A stretch of 47,841 nt of DNA from positions 156,248,128-156,295,968 of the forward strand of contig NC_068982.1 in the NCBI RefSeq assembly GCF_001194135.2, given 5' to 3'. The position numbers and the translations under genes were made by a program. A model generated the notes under the pieces. The model saw only the letters and a program-made list of their open reading frames with translations. It ran no database searches and was not told the origin of the DNA. This document shows positions 11,101-23,254 of this stretch, piece after piece (within the stretch, counting starts at the first letter, position 1; each line of letters opens with the position of its first letter). The DNA comes from Octopus bimaculoides. Its lineage: Eukaryota.

Positions 11101-12672
11101 GGTTAGCCAAGAAAAGAATGAAAGAGTGAGAAACATCTTAAATATTTGAAAAGAAGCCATTTGCTTTTGTTGTGGATTAGCGTAATGAGTGTATAATAGC
11201 TCTAGAATACATCTTGTCATTGGCAAGCGTAGAGCAAAATTGATGTTCCAACATTGCCGTAACAAAGTTAGCTGGGAGCGCGTGGCCGGCCGCAATGGCG
11301 GTTATCTGCCAGAACATTCTTCACGTTGAACTTGTTGTTAGCTTTATTAAGCACGCCATACTCTCCCCGTGTCTTTTATTAATATTTTTCAAGCCGAGTA
11401 TGGGGCTAAAATTGAGAGAAATTGACAATAACACTGAATTAGTGGCCTTATAACAAATAAAGTTGGTCTGTTCAACAGAAACACAAACGACCACCCATCA
11501 TTAATTCGTATGCAAGCATACAAGCTGGGCACGAGGAAGATTGCCAAACGTTTCAGAGAATGGCCCCTTATACAGTATGAAGACAAACTATGTGCGGATT
11601 ATTGTTATTGAAATCTAAATACGACAATCATGCTGAATAAAATGTTTTTACTGGTATACAACAAAATCACAGTGTGATATGTAAACGATTAAAATCGAAA
11701 TTGCCGAGAAAATAAAATTGAGTGCAAAGAGAAAGAAAGGGCAAGTCAGACGGCACAGTGCAGTATTATATATAGGGAAATATCATTAATTTTGTTATTT
11801 AGTATAATCGCTTCATAAAAGATGTTTTATGTTCACAAATAATGTATATGTATGCATGTACGAAAGCAATTATTTATGAATGGATATATGGATGTACATA
11901 TGTATGTGTGCATGTGTATATATTTGCATAGATATATGTATATTTATATGCATGTGTATATGATGTTTAATGTTCAGAAATGACTTTTATACGTATGCTT
12001 GAATACATGTAACAATGCAAATACATATATAAACACTTTATATATGTAATCTGTATACATGGACGAAAGTATGTATGCAAATGTGCATGTATGTAGAGAA
12101 GAATGCATGTATGTCTATATGTATCTTAAAAAAGAAGTAAAAAGCTCCCAGAACTTTATCATGAAGAATCGGAAGAAAATGGTTGTATTTCATGAAAATG
12201 TGCTACCGGTTTCAATCGTTTTCAAATTGATTTTATTTACACTCTGAGAGGAGAGAAAATAGATTGAAATAAAATGCATCAATCTTTCATGGTATCATTT
12301 CATATCCACATGGTACTGGTTATTGGCTTAATTCTGAGTAACAATTTTATCAGTGGCAGTTTTCTTTTGCTCCTTATAAGCAATATTCGTATTAAAGAGT
12401 GTTTTCTTGTAGCAGCAGCACCAATGTAATGGCCACGGTAGTAGTAGTGGCTGTATTAATCTCATTAGTAGAAGCAGCTGTAGCAGCTTAGGCAGTAGTT
12501 GTTATAGTAGAAATGATAGAAGTGCTAGAAGCTATAGTCATACTGGGAGTAACTTGTAGTATAAGTAGTACTGGTATTAGCAAAAGTAGTACAAGTTTTA
12601 GTCGTAGCAGCTTCAGCATCAGTAGTATTAGTGGTTTCAGTATTTGCCGTTGTCTTTTTTTACCCCACTGTG

Positions 12673-13190
12673 GTTTGGAAGTGATCGGTATTTAGTTATG
12701 AAAGTTCTTTCTTTTGTTGACGTGCAGTCGGCAAATTCATTGAAGGGGAAGAACGAAAAATTTGGTTGTTTTTCTACCGGAACATGTTTCTACATGTTCA
12801 TTGAGTTCTATTTTTCTATATTCCAATATTTTAGTTTGCAGAGTTATATGATTTCTTAACGACATCCTGGTTTCCTCCATGTATTTCTCACTACAGACTG
12901 AGTATGTAATTTCTAATTTGTTTTGAGATGTTCAGGCGAAGTTATTTGTTCTTTTTTTATTGTGAAGAGTTGTCCTTATTTAAAATGGATTTGCAATCCC
13001 TATGTTAGGCTCAAATATATATCACAGTTGGATCTTCTGTATTTTTTATAGTTGTTCCTGTTGTTATTTTGTGAAGACTTTTTCATTGATTTAGGATGTT
13101 TTGATTTTTATAATGATCTTTGATGGATTTGGTTCAGCTTAGGATCCTTTTTCAGTGTCAATATTTTGAAATATCATGTTGTAAGCCTGG
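12673..13190 (-). mobile_element. Penelope-like retroelement fossil: linker and GIY-YIG endonuclease C-terminus
   Basis: Minus-strand translation across stops and frameshifts gives KKDPKLNQI, RRSNCDIY, VCSEKYMEETRMSLRNHITLQ (for C..YIGET...LRNR), RKIELNEHVETCSGRKTTKFFVLP and KERTFITKYRSLPN. This is the motif order of Penelope GIY-YIG domains. Confidence 0.75.
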
Positions 13191-13329
13191 ATTTTTGGTG
13201 ACTACAGCAACCACTAATATTATGACTTCTACTGCTGTTGCTAGAATCCCTAGAACTTCTATTGCTTCCACTACAGCCACTAATCCCACTCTTACAATTG
13301 AAGCAGAGGAACAAACATCTACAGACAGA

Positions 13330-14441
13330 ATTCAATTTTTTATGAACTCTTGTTTTCAAACTCATGAACGTTATGGTTCAGGCACTGTTGATAACACGAA
13401 GCATTTAAATCGCAAACATTGTGAAACATTTCGTTCGATAATTGTGTGCTTCCCCGTTCGATGACAGTCCTCACTTCGCCAACTGTTGGTGGTTTTATAC
13501 TGCAAACTTTAACTTTTAAGCCCATAACAGTAAGCCTAGGGTGTGGGAAGTATGGCGAACGCAGAGGACGTTCTACTGAACTTCGTTCAATACACTTGTT
13601 TGGCGAATCTCAATCAAGGTAGGCCCTTATATTACTATTGTAGCGTGAAGTTGCCAATATTACTGGAACTAACACTGCATATTTTAAAATCCATATTCTA
13701 AATATTTGGCAAGGCAAATTGTTGCAGTAAGTTCAAGTAAATAGGATCAGTAACAGTGCCGTTGAAAAATGTGGTCCAATTAATCCTTCTTCTAATGATT
13801 GTAATCCTAGTATTTGATTGTAATTCCTGTTAAATAATTGTAATTCATGTTGTTCCCAGTAATATGCAGATTTTCACGTCCTCAGTAGGTGCAACTGTGG
13901 AGGTTAATCGAGCCATTTCATTTAAATGTAACCTCGTCATTTCGAATAATCGTTGTTAAGTAGTGTGCACCATCTACATATCTTGCCAAGTACTACTGGC
14001 AAAACTCTACTCTTTGGTCCGCATCATCTTTATTGAGAGCATGGACTATTATTTAAATTTAACATTGCCGATGACAGTGCTTCAGAATTCGATGGACGCT
14101 TGATTTTGAAATTCTTGTCTTACCGTTCGATTGCCGCATATATTTTCTTGAAGTCTGGTAATACCTTCTCCCCTTTCCAGCTCTGTGGGACTTGTCAATA
14201 TCTACAACTTTCCAGAATGTTTCTTGAGGACCTTTTGAACAGTTCAAGCTTAGCTATAATTCGAATAAAGGTGGGTCGGTAAAGTGGCTCTTTTCGAAGT
14301 TCCTTCCTAAGTAGTCTTTAAATTTTGACTGATTTCAATTTCATTTGTTCAAAACCTTAGTCTGTCTCCATTCAATAATACGGATCAAATCTAAAAAGAA
14401 ACGAATTGTTAAAGTATATATACAATTTTGGCGACACCCTG
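13330..14441 (-). mobile_element. IS630-Tc1-mariner (Tc3-like) transposon fossil, disrupted transposase
   Basis: Minus-strand terminus TA|CAGGGTGTCGCC at 14443-14430. Translated remnants: ISKSSVHRILK, VHALNKDDADQRVEFC, NDEVTFK*NGSINLHSCTY*, GLIGPHF-NGTVT, LKVKVCSIKPPTVGEVRTVI, CYQQCLNHNVHEFEN. The second TIR was not found. Confidence 0.85.
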
Positions 14442-14824
14442 TATGTACGTATGAACGTATGTATGTACGCACGCACGCATACATACACAAAACACCTCCA
14501 TATATACATACTTTAAGAAATAAATCATTTATTAACAATTCGTAAAATGTCCTAATATGTTCGGAATATACGTGTATGTGTGCGCGCATGTTTATACCTG
14601 CGATTTTTTACACATGTTCACACATACGCAATGAACTGTGCACGCATCAACTGGAACAAACATATAGACAGCTGTGAACATACACGGAAGTCCTCATACA
14701 AGCGCACTTCCACAAATTCTTTTTGTCATGCGTACTCGTATACTTCATGTGTATGTATGTGTGTCTGTATATNNNNNNNNNNNNNNNNNNNNNNNNNNNN
14801 NNNNNNNNNNNNNNNNNNNNNNNN

Positions 14825-14857
<33 letters not shown>

Positions 14858-15289
14858 TGTGTGTGTATACAGTATCATATACATATCTACATTTATACGA
14901 TTTGTTTAGAAATTGCTATATAGATCTACATCGTTTATTAATTCACACGTATTCAGTCACACGCTTTTGAGTGATTTGAGTGGGGGAAAAAAAGTGTGTA
15001 GAATACAATATTGACTGTGTAGATTATATCTACCCAACAAACAGACATTAATGATAACTAGTATTCTTTAATAATATCTGTTATCCTCTTATTCTCAAAT
15101 CAACATCACTTCATTTGGGGATGCGCATATTTTTTACATAATCTTTTGTGTTTACATCATTTTTCGAGTTGTTCTCCATTTCGTGTTTTCAACGCCGTTT
15201 TTACCAATAATATCTTTTTCTCTAGTGGTTTATATTATCAATTTATGGAACACAAGAATCTATTTCCCGCAAGTAATACCGTTTTTCTA

Positions 15290-15507
15290 GAGTGATACAT
15301 ATATTTACATTGATGGTATGTTCGAATATGTGCATGTGCACGCGTGTATATACATATATCTACCAATATCAATATATATATATATATATATATGCATGTA
15401 TGTATAATATATATATGTATATATATATATATATGTGAAGTATGTATAGTATATATATGTGTGTGTGTATATATATGCTTGTATGAATATATGTATAGTG
15501 TATATAC

Positions 15508-15545
<38 letters not shown>

Positions 15546-15555
15546 NNNNNNNNNN

Positions 15556-15596
<41 letters not shown>

Positions 15597-15800
15597 ACAT
15601 ACATTATATATATAGACATATATAATACATGTGTATATGAAAATATACATAATTTATATATACATACATATCATAATGATAATTTATATGTATATATATT
15701 TTATATATGTATATGTAAACGCACACATACGCATATATACCTACAGTTTGTGTATGTGTATCTGCTGTGTCTGTATTGTGTGTGTGTGTGTGTGTGTTTG
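15290..15800. repeat. (TA)n / (TG)n-rich low-complexity block with an internal N-gap
   Basis: Direct reading; source of the YIYI pseudo-ORFs. Confidence 0.9.
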
Positions 15801-16215
15801 TGCGTGTGTATGGATTGATGAAGACTTGTGTGTGCAAACAGGGCAATAAGTACTCAATAATACGAACTACAGTGTATGTGCATTATTGAATCGTAGTTCT
15901 TGAATACTGCAATACTTATTGAGACAAATAAAGTTATCAAACAGGGATACGTACGATCAAAAATGTCTTATCATGACCACCTGATTATATTTTTACCTTA
16001 AGTATTTAAGATTTAGCACCATCATTCTCAGCGCTCCCTATAAAACCTATCCGCCACCCACCAAATCAAAATTCCCCCAACAGCCCTTCCTTCCCTTCTA
16101 AAACAGCTGCGGACATTTCACGGATCTAGATCCAACCTTCCTCATTTTACTCACACACATACCGCACATCCTGTTGCGAGTGATATTATACTGCCGTTGG
16201 TATTGGAACTAGTGT

Positions 16216-16490
16216 GGAGGCGCAATGGCCTAGTGGTCAGGGCAGCGGACTCGCGGTTATAGGATCGCGGTTTCGATTCCCAGACCGGGCGTCGTGAGTG
16301 TTTATTGAGCGAAAACACCTAAAGCTCCCCGAGGCTCCGGTAGGGGATGGTGGCGAACCCTGCTGTACTCTTCCACCACAACTTTCTCTCTTTCTTCTTG
16401 TTTCTGTTGTACCTGTATTTCAAAGGGCCAGCCTTGTCACACTGTGTCACGCTGAATATCCCCGAGATCTACGTTAAGGGTACACGTGTC
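16216..16490 (+). mobile_element. tRNA-derived SINE family C, well preserved, 3' end lost in an assembly gap
   Basis: tRNA-like head GGAGGCGCAATGGCCTAGTGGTCAGGGC with A-box TGGCCTAGTGG (16226-16236) and B-box GGTTTCGATTCC (16269-16280), followed by a non-tRNA body. No acceptor-stem closure. Confidence 0.85.
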
Positions 16491-17169
16491 NNNNNNNNNN
16501 NNNNNNNNNNNNNNNNNNNNNNNNNNNNNNNNNNNNNNNNNNNNNNNNNNNNNNNNNNNNNNNNNNNNNNNNNNNNNNNNNNNNNNNNNNNNNNNNNNNN
16601 NNNNNNNNNNNNNNNNNNNNNNNNNNNNNNNNNNNNNNNNNNNNNNNNNNNNNNNNNNNNNNNNNNNNNNNNNNNNNNNNNNNNNNNNNNNNNNNNNNNN
16701 NNNNNNNNNNNNNNNNNNNNNNNNNNNNNNNNNNNNNNNNNNNNNNNNNNNNNNNNNNNNNNNNNNNNNNNNNNNNNNNNNNNNNNNNNNNNNNNNNNNN
16801 NNNNNNNNNNNNNNNNNNNNNNNNNNNNNNNNATATAATTTACCTTTAATAGGTAAACACTCATTTAAAAAGTCACATTCTCAAACTAGTGGCCGAAGAG
16901 AATCTGCAGATTTTAGGATGAAGCAAGGCACGTTAAAAAAGGTTATTTCGCAATCATATAGTTGAAGCCCGGTGCCACTGAGCTTCATTTTAATGGGTGT
17001 CTTCGACCATATCTTCAGGTAGACCAAAGCTCCTTCAGTGAAATTTAGCAGGCGAAAACTAAGATGAAGGTTATCAAGGGTCCTGCACCTCTCATAGTGG
17101 TAGATTTGACCCTCAACAATCTAATTACACCGCTTAGTAAGGAACCAATGTAGGGGCTTTTATGTGTGT

Positions 17170-17312
17170 TTTTGTTTTGGAAAAGCTAGAAATAACAGCC
17201 AAATCTCCCACAGATTACTTTCAACTGTCTTAAACTGGGAGATACGTATTGAATAAGGTAGTCTGAGATAAAGTATGTCTGAAAACAAGGGATGGTCACA
17301 GGAATTATGCAT
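17170..17312 (+). mobile_element. Degenerate interspersed repeat fragment (probable retroposon body)
   Basis: Shares the GATGGTCAC segment and preceding context with 18710-18830, which ends in a (CAA)n tail. Family identity is partly from recollection. Confidence 0.35.
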
Positions 17313-18076
17313 TTGTTTATAGATGTAGTGGACCACATCTCACCGACAACTAAACACCCCCCACTGCCAACAACAAAAAAAACCATCACCACCACTACAA
17401 ACACTACTACCAACAACGACAACATCACCTACCGCTTACGTTTACAGAGTTCTCTCTACTACAAGAATTCGGTCTATGACTGCAGTCTGAAGATAGTCCA
17501 TGAGCCGTGGATTCTTCCTCAATTTTCCACCACCTGTGGCGAAAATATAACAAAATAAATAAATAAATGTACAAAAAATAAAATTAAAAATAGCCACAAA
17601 AAATACAAAATGATGGGCATTACCTATTCTTTTATTTATAAGCCATACAAAAATGAAAGCCAGGTGAAGTATTTTGCAGTATTCCTTGAGTTTGATTAAA
17701 AAGCCCGTCAGATACTACTATCTAGATTTATCTTCTTTAGGATTCGTTAAATATGAATAACAATAATATACTGGAAGTTAATTCACTATACCATCTCTAC
17801 TGTAAATTTTAACCACTTTATTGTGGTTGTGAAGAAAGAGAGATGATAGAATAATGATGTTAATGTCATATACTGTTCAATTTCAGTTATTTGCTAACTA
17901 AATTCGGTTGTCACTCTTTCGATATGAAATCCTGTAGATTCACGTTAACTTTCGCCCCACTCTGATATCGATAAAATGCATTAATACCCGATTCTTTCGA
18001 ATACTCTCCCCCACTTCAAATGTACAAAGTTTCTCTGTGTGTGTGTGTGCGTGTGTGTATATATATATATATACAC

Positions 18077-18116
<40 letters not shown>

Positions 18117-18370
18117 CACACACATACGCATATATATACATATATTCTGTGTGTNNNNNNNNNNNNNNNNNNNNNNNNNNNNNNNNNNNNNNNNNNNNNN
18201 NNNNNNNNNNNNNNNNNNNNNNNNNNNNNNNNNNNNNNNNNNNNNNNNNNNNNNNNNNNNNNNNNNNNNNNNNNNNNNNNNNNNNNNNNNNNNNNNNNNN
18301 NNNNNNNNNNNNNNNNNNNNNNNNNNNNNNNNNNNNNNNNNNNNNNNNNNNNNNNNNNNNNNNNNNNNNN

Positions 18371-18407
<37 letters not shown>

Positions 18408-18410
<3 letters not shown>

Positions 18411-18565
18411 AATCTCCCAAAAAACGAACAAACACAGAAAGCAATAACGCGAGGACGTGGTACATGTAAAGTATTAGCAGACGCTCAGGGAAGGAAAGAA
18501 AAGTGGTTTTACGTTTCAAGCAAAGTTCTTCTTCAGAAACAGGAGACAGAGGAAAGTCCACGTAC
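18408..18565 (-). mobile_element. Penelope-type terminal repeat remnant inserted next to (TA)n
   Basis: Begins immediately after a (TA)n run and carries a hammerhead motif on the minus strand (18506-18540). Confidence 0.55.
18506..18540 (-). ncRNA. Minimal type I hammerhead ribozyme motif of the Penelope kind, stem II weakened
   Basis: Minus strand: GTTT CTGAAGA A GAAC TTT GCTT GAAAC GTA AAAC. Intact CUGANGA and GAAA boxes, GUA cleavage triplet, 4-bp stem I (GTTT/AAAC) and self-complementary stem III (ACGT). Stem II has one wobble and one mismatch. Confidence 0.7.
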
Positions 18566-18709
18566 ATTAATGCATATATTATGAAATAGCAATTTGTTTC
18601 ATATTGTTTTGATTATTTACGCTCTAAATTTTAAATTGTGTATACGATAAATATGCAGCATTCGTAAACTCTCACACGAAAACAAATCTGGTCGCATTTT
18701 GAGAAATAT

Positions 18710-18832
18710 CCATTGTCGGCCTAGACTGCCCTAGAAAGAAGAGATGGTCACGACTAGAATGGCTTTATGTGTACTCATATGTGTACTGGAAGAGAATCGA
18801 TTTAAGATAAACAACAACAACAACAACAACAA
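18710..18832 (+). mobile_element. Retroposon 3' end with (CAA)n tail
   Basis: GAGATGGTCACGACTAGAATGGCTTT...GATAAACAACAACAACAACAACAAC; related to the 17170-17312 fragment. Confidence 0.4.
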
Positions 18833-21109
18833 AACATTCATAATATCTCGGTATGAACATTAAGTGAAAGATTTTCAAAATTTCATTTCGTGTAATTCAT
18901 TTGGCGAATTAGCTTTCTCTTTTCGCTATGCCATCCATTATACATTGTTGAACTATGCTTTTTACCTCGGATATTCATCATCTGCTCGATATTACATCAA
19001 ACTCCACATCGAGTGATTAATAACAGATTACCCATGCTTCTGAAGTATGCGATTTCCTTTCGCCGAAAGTCATTGATTTTTTTTGTCCCCCAATAAATCG
19101 TGTCTTGCCAAAATTATTTCTTTCCGTAATTTCCAAATTTATAAGACTAACATAAATGATTTAAAAAAGCAGGAAACACACAAATAAACAATAAACAAAC
19201 AAGCAAAATAAAAAAAAAAGCGAAGCACCAGTGCAAGGAAGAAAATTAAAAGGGAAAGAAAATGAAGAGGAAAGATAAACTCGGATTTAACATGAAAATA
19301 ATATGAGAGCATCCCTTAAAAATTGCACCAAATAAAGTTGTTGGGATAGAGAATGTCCCCGTTATTGGAAAACATGAAATAATGAATAAATGCATCAGTT
19401 TATCTCGCTCCTTTCCCTCGATCCTTTTTCTCTGTGTGCGCACACATAATATACATATATACATAGAATTATGCACACACAACTATATCTACAATATATA
19501 TATACATACATACATACATANNNNNNNNNNNNNNNNNNNNNNNNNNNNNNNNNNNNNNNNNNNNNNNNNNNNNNNNNNNNNNNNNNNNNNNNNNNNNNNN
19601 NNNNNNNNNNNNNNNNNNNNNNNNNNNNNNNNNNNNNNNNNNNNNNNNNNNNNNNNNNNNNNNNNNNNNNNNNNNNNNNNNNNNNNNNNNNNNNNNNNNN
19701 NNNNNNNNNNNNNNNNNNNNNNNNNNNNNNNNNNNNNNNNNNNNNNNNNNNNNNNNNNNNNNNNNNNNNNNNNNNNNNNNNNNNNNNNNNNNNNNNNNNN
19801 NNNNNNNNNNNNNNNNNNNNNNNNNNNNNNNNNNNNNNNNNNNNNNNATATATATATATATATACATACATACATACATACATACATACATACATACATA
19901 CACATATATATTGTATGAAAATAATTATAAACATAAAAACTTAATATTATATGTGTGTATATGCATATATATGTTTATATGAATATGTTTATATACAGGC
20001 ATACATACACACATACATACATGCATACACACACAAACACACATATATGATCCGAGATAAACAGATGCAAGGATAGCAAAGAAATGGAAAACAAATTAGT
20101 ACAAACGAAAAAGGGCGGGAAGATAATTTAGAACCGAAAAAAATATATGTTCTATTTCATGAATAAACAGAACCTAGAGTGAAAGTAAAAGTAAAGCCAA
20201 CAACACAGCAACAATAGAAAACAAGAATAAATAGCTACAATAACAATATCATCAACAACAACAACAACAACAACAGCAACACACTGCCATACTGAAGATT
20301 GTTAAATGTCGTTTAAGAAAGTAAAGTGCCAATATTATACAATGTATTGCAACGGTTTAATGGGCATTGCTGGCGCTTCCGGTTGTTGATCACATGACCT
20401 TAGCTGCGATGCCTGTGTGCAAGGACGTAGCATTTATTTGTTTCTGTTGTTGTTGCTGGTGGTGTTGTTGGTGTAGTTGTTGCTGTTGTTTTTGTTGTTA
20501 TTTATTTGTGTTGTGGCAAATATTATCAACTCGAATTGGAAGCGATAAAAAAAAAATAGGGAAAGAGAAAAATGGAATGGGCGGAGGTGAAGATTAGGTG
20601 GGTGGGATCGGTTTCGAGGGGCGGGGGTTAAAGAAAGATAATAATGACGAAAGGAAAGCAAAAGAAAATATTAAAAGANNNNNNNNNNNNNNNNNNNNNN
20701 NNNNNNNNNNNNNNNNNNNNNNNNNNNNNNNNNNNNNNNNNNNNNNNNNNNNNNNNNNNNNNNNNNNNNNNNNNNNNNNNNNNNNNNNNNNNNNNNNNNN
20801 NNNNNNNNNNNNNNNNNNNNNNNNNNNNNNNNNNNNNNNNNNNNNNNNNNNNNNNNNNNNNNNNNNNNNNNNNNNNNNNNNNNNNNNNNNNNNNNNNNNN
20901 NNNNNNNNNNNNNNNNNNNNNNNNGAGAGAGGTGATAGGAATTGACGGCGTAGTTTTGCAGGGGGTGGTGTTGTGTTCGGGAGGGTTTTATAACGGCGTC
21001 TGTGAGGATGTGGTGTTGTGGACAATGGTGTGGAGGTGAGGGAAGAATTTTGGTGATGTGGGTGGTAATGTAGAGGTGTATAGGTATCGGTGGGGGATGT
21101 AGGCGGTGG

Positions 21110-21525
21110 TAGATGATGAGTGGAGGTGGATGATGAGTGGTAGTGGAGGATGAGTAGTGGTGGATGATTTGTAGTGGTTGATGAATGGTAGTGGATGATG
21201 AGTGGTGGTGGTGGATGAGTGGTAGTGGAGGATGAGTGGTGGTGGATGATTTGTAGTGGTTGATGAATGGTGGTGGATGATGAGTGGTGGCNNNNNNNNN
21301 NNNNNNNNNNNNNNNNNNNNNNNNNNNNNNNNNNNNNNNNNNNNNNNNNNNNNNNNNNNNNNNNNNNNNNNNNNNNNNNNNNNNNNNNNNNNNNNNNNNN
21401 NNNNNNNNNNNNNNNNNNNNNNNNNNNNNNNNGGATGAGTGGTAGTGGAGGATGAGTGGTGGTGGATGATTTGTAGTGGTTGATGAATGGTGGTGGATGA
21501 TGAGTGGTGGCGGATGATGAGTGGC
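21110..21525. repeat. GGATGA/GTG-rich minisatellite with about 82-bp higher-order period, collapsed around an N-gap
   Basis: Marker GATTTGTAGTGGTTGATGAATGG recurs at 21166, 21248 and 21468; built from about 15-bp GGATGAGTGGT(A/G)GTG subunits. Confidence 0.85.
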
Positions 21526-22023
21526 GGTACTGTAGTTAAGATGTCGATTGGTGAGAATGGCAGCGGCGGAGAGTGGAATGACGTGCAGAAGTAATTTGGG
21601 TGATGGTTGGAGTGATGTGAGGATATAGACGAGAGAGAGGGAGAGAGAGCGAGAGAAAGAGAGAGAGGGGGAAGTTATGTCATTAACTTACTGTAATGGT
21701 GGAGTGATGATGAAGATGAAGGACAAATCTGAACTGTGTATGAGGTAAGGATGGGATAGGATGATAAAGAAACGGAGAAAGAGAAAGAAAAAAAAAGACA
21801 TAAGGAATAAAGAGTAGTGGAATATAGGTATATAGAGGGAAAGAGAGGTAGACGATGAGAGAGGGAGAGTGAGAGAGGGAGTGAGAGAGAGGAGAAGAAG
21901 TGAAATTAAGAGAAGACGGAGGAGAAAATGAAGAAACAATTGCAGTAATGGGAGTAAGACAAAGATTCAGATATTTATTAGTTTTAAAGAAGAAAAAATA
22001 ACAATGATTGTAGATTATTAGTG

Positions 22024-22099
<76 letters not shown>

Positions 22100-22369
22100 N
22101 NNNNNNNNNNNNNNNNNNNNNNNNNNNNNNNNNNNNNNNNNNNNNNNNNNNNNNNNNNNNNNNNNNNNNNNNNNNNNNNNNNNNNNNNNNNNNNNNNNNN
22201 NNNNNNNNNNNNNNNNNNNNNNNNNNNNNNNNNNNNNNNNNNNNNNNNNNNNNNNNNNNNNNNNNNNNNNNNNNNNNNNNNNNNNNNNNNNNGACAAGTA
22301 TATATATGTGTGTGTGTGTGTGTGTGTAAATTGATAGATGGATAGATGGGAAGATAGTTACACACACAC

Positions 22370-22401
<32 letters not shown>

Positions 22402-23186
22402 CCATAATGGCATATCGTTGTTGATGCCATTATATATGTATGTACATATGTAGGTACATACCTCTGCGTATCAGTGTATATACATACATATATGTGTGTG
22501 ATTGTGTGTGTGTGTGTGTGTGAGTGAGTGATTGCGTGTGAGTGTGCAAACAGAGATAGAAAGTAGATAGTTAAAATGGGGTAAAAGTCAGGAAGGAAGA
22601 GTGGATTGGAAAGCATAATAATAATAATAATAATAATAAAATAAATACATGACTGTGAAGAGACAACATTGATTTACGATAGAAAAATAAAAACCAAAAA
22701 AAAAAAAACAAAGCAAAAACGGGTAACAAAAAAACGAGAATAAGGGAGACGAAACAAAATCCACGTAAATTGATCCCTAGAATAAGAGGGGAAAAAAAAT
22801 CAACGACACCAACTATTGAACCGACATACATGTGTGTATTGACAGATACAATGTTAAATTACATTTCAAGAAGACATTTGAAAATGAAAATAAAATCTGA
22901 GCGAGTGAAGTCAGAAGGAGGATAATGACATGAAAGAGGGCGTTGGTTATGAGAGCGAGGAGGGAGGGAGGGGAGAAAGCGAGAGAGGGAGAGAGGTGAG
23001 AGGGAGAGAGGTGAGAGGGAGAGAAGTGAGAGGGAGAAAGGGAGAGAGAGAGAGAGAGAGTGGAAAAGAGACAGGTTCTTGAGACTGATAAAGGTGGGAG
23101 GGGGTTTTCACATATGTATATATGTGTGTGTGTTTGCGTGTGTGCTTGTGTTTGTGTGTATGCATGTGTGTGTAAGTATATATACT

Positions 23187-23254
<68 letters not shown>

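Noticed and set aside
13120-13464. 114-aa Thr/Ala-rich ORF resembling a mucin fragment
   Set aside because: It is built from a degenerate ACT/GCT tract plus the antisense strands of the Penelope and Tc1-like fossils.
16216-16290. Possible tRNA gene
   Set aside because: It has A and B boxes but no canonical anticodon arm or acceptor-stem closure, and it continues into a SINE body.
21110-21525. CRISPR-like repeat-spacer pattern
   Set aside because: The units are contiguous tandem copies without unique spacers, the context is eukaryotic, and there are no cas genes.
22406-22435. Short hairpin ATAATGGCAT/ATGCCATTAT (also the 14-bp palindrome GGTCTGATCAGACC near 46217)
   Set aside because: Too short for a pre-miRNA, and isolated short inverted repeats can arise by chance or local duplication.
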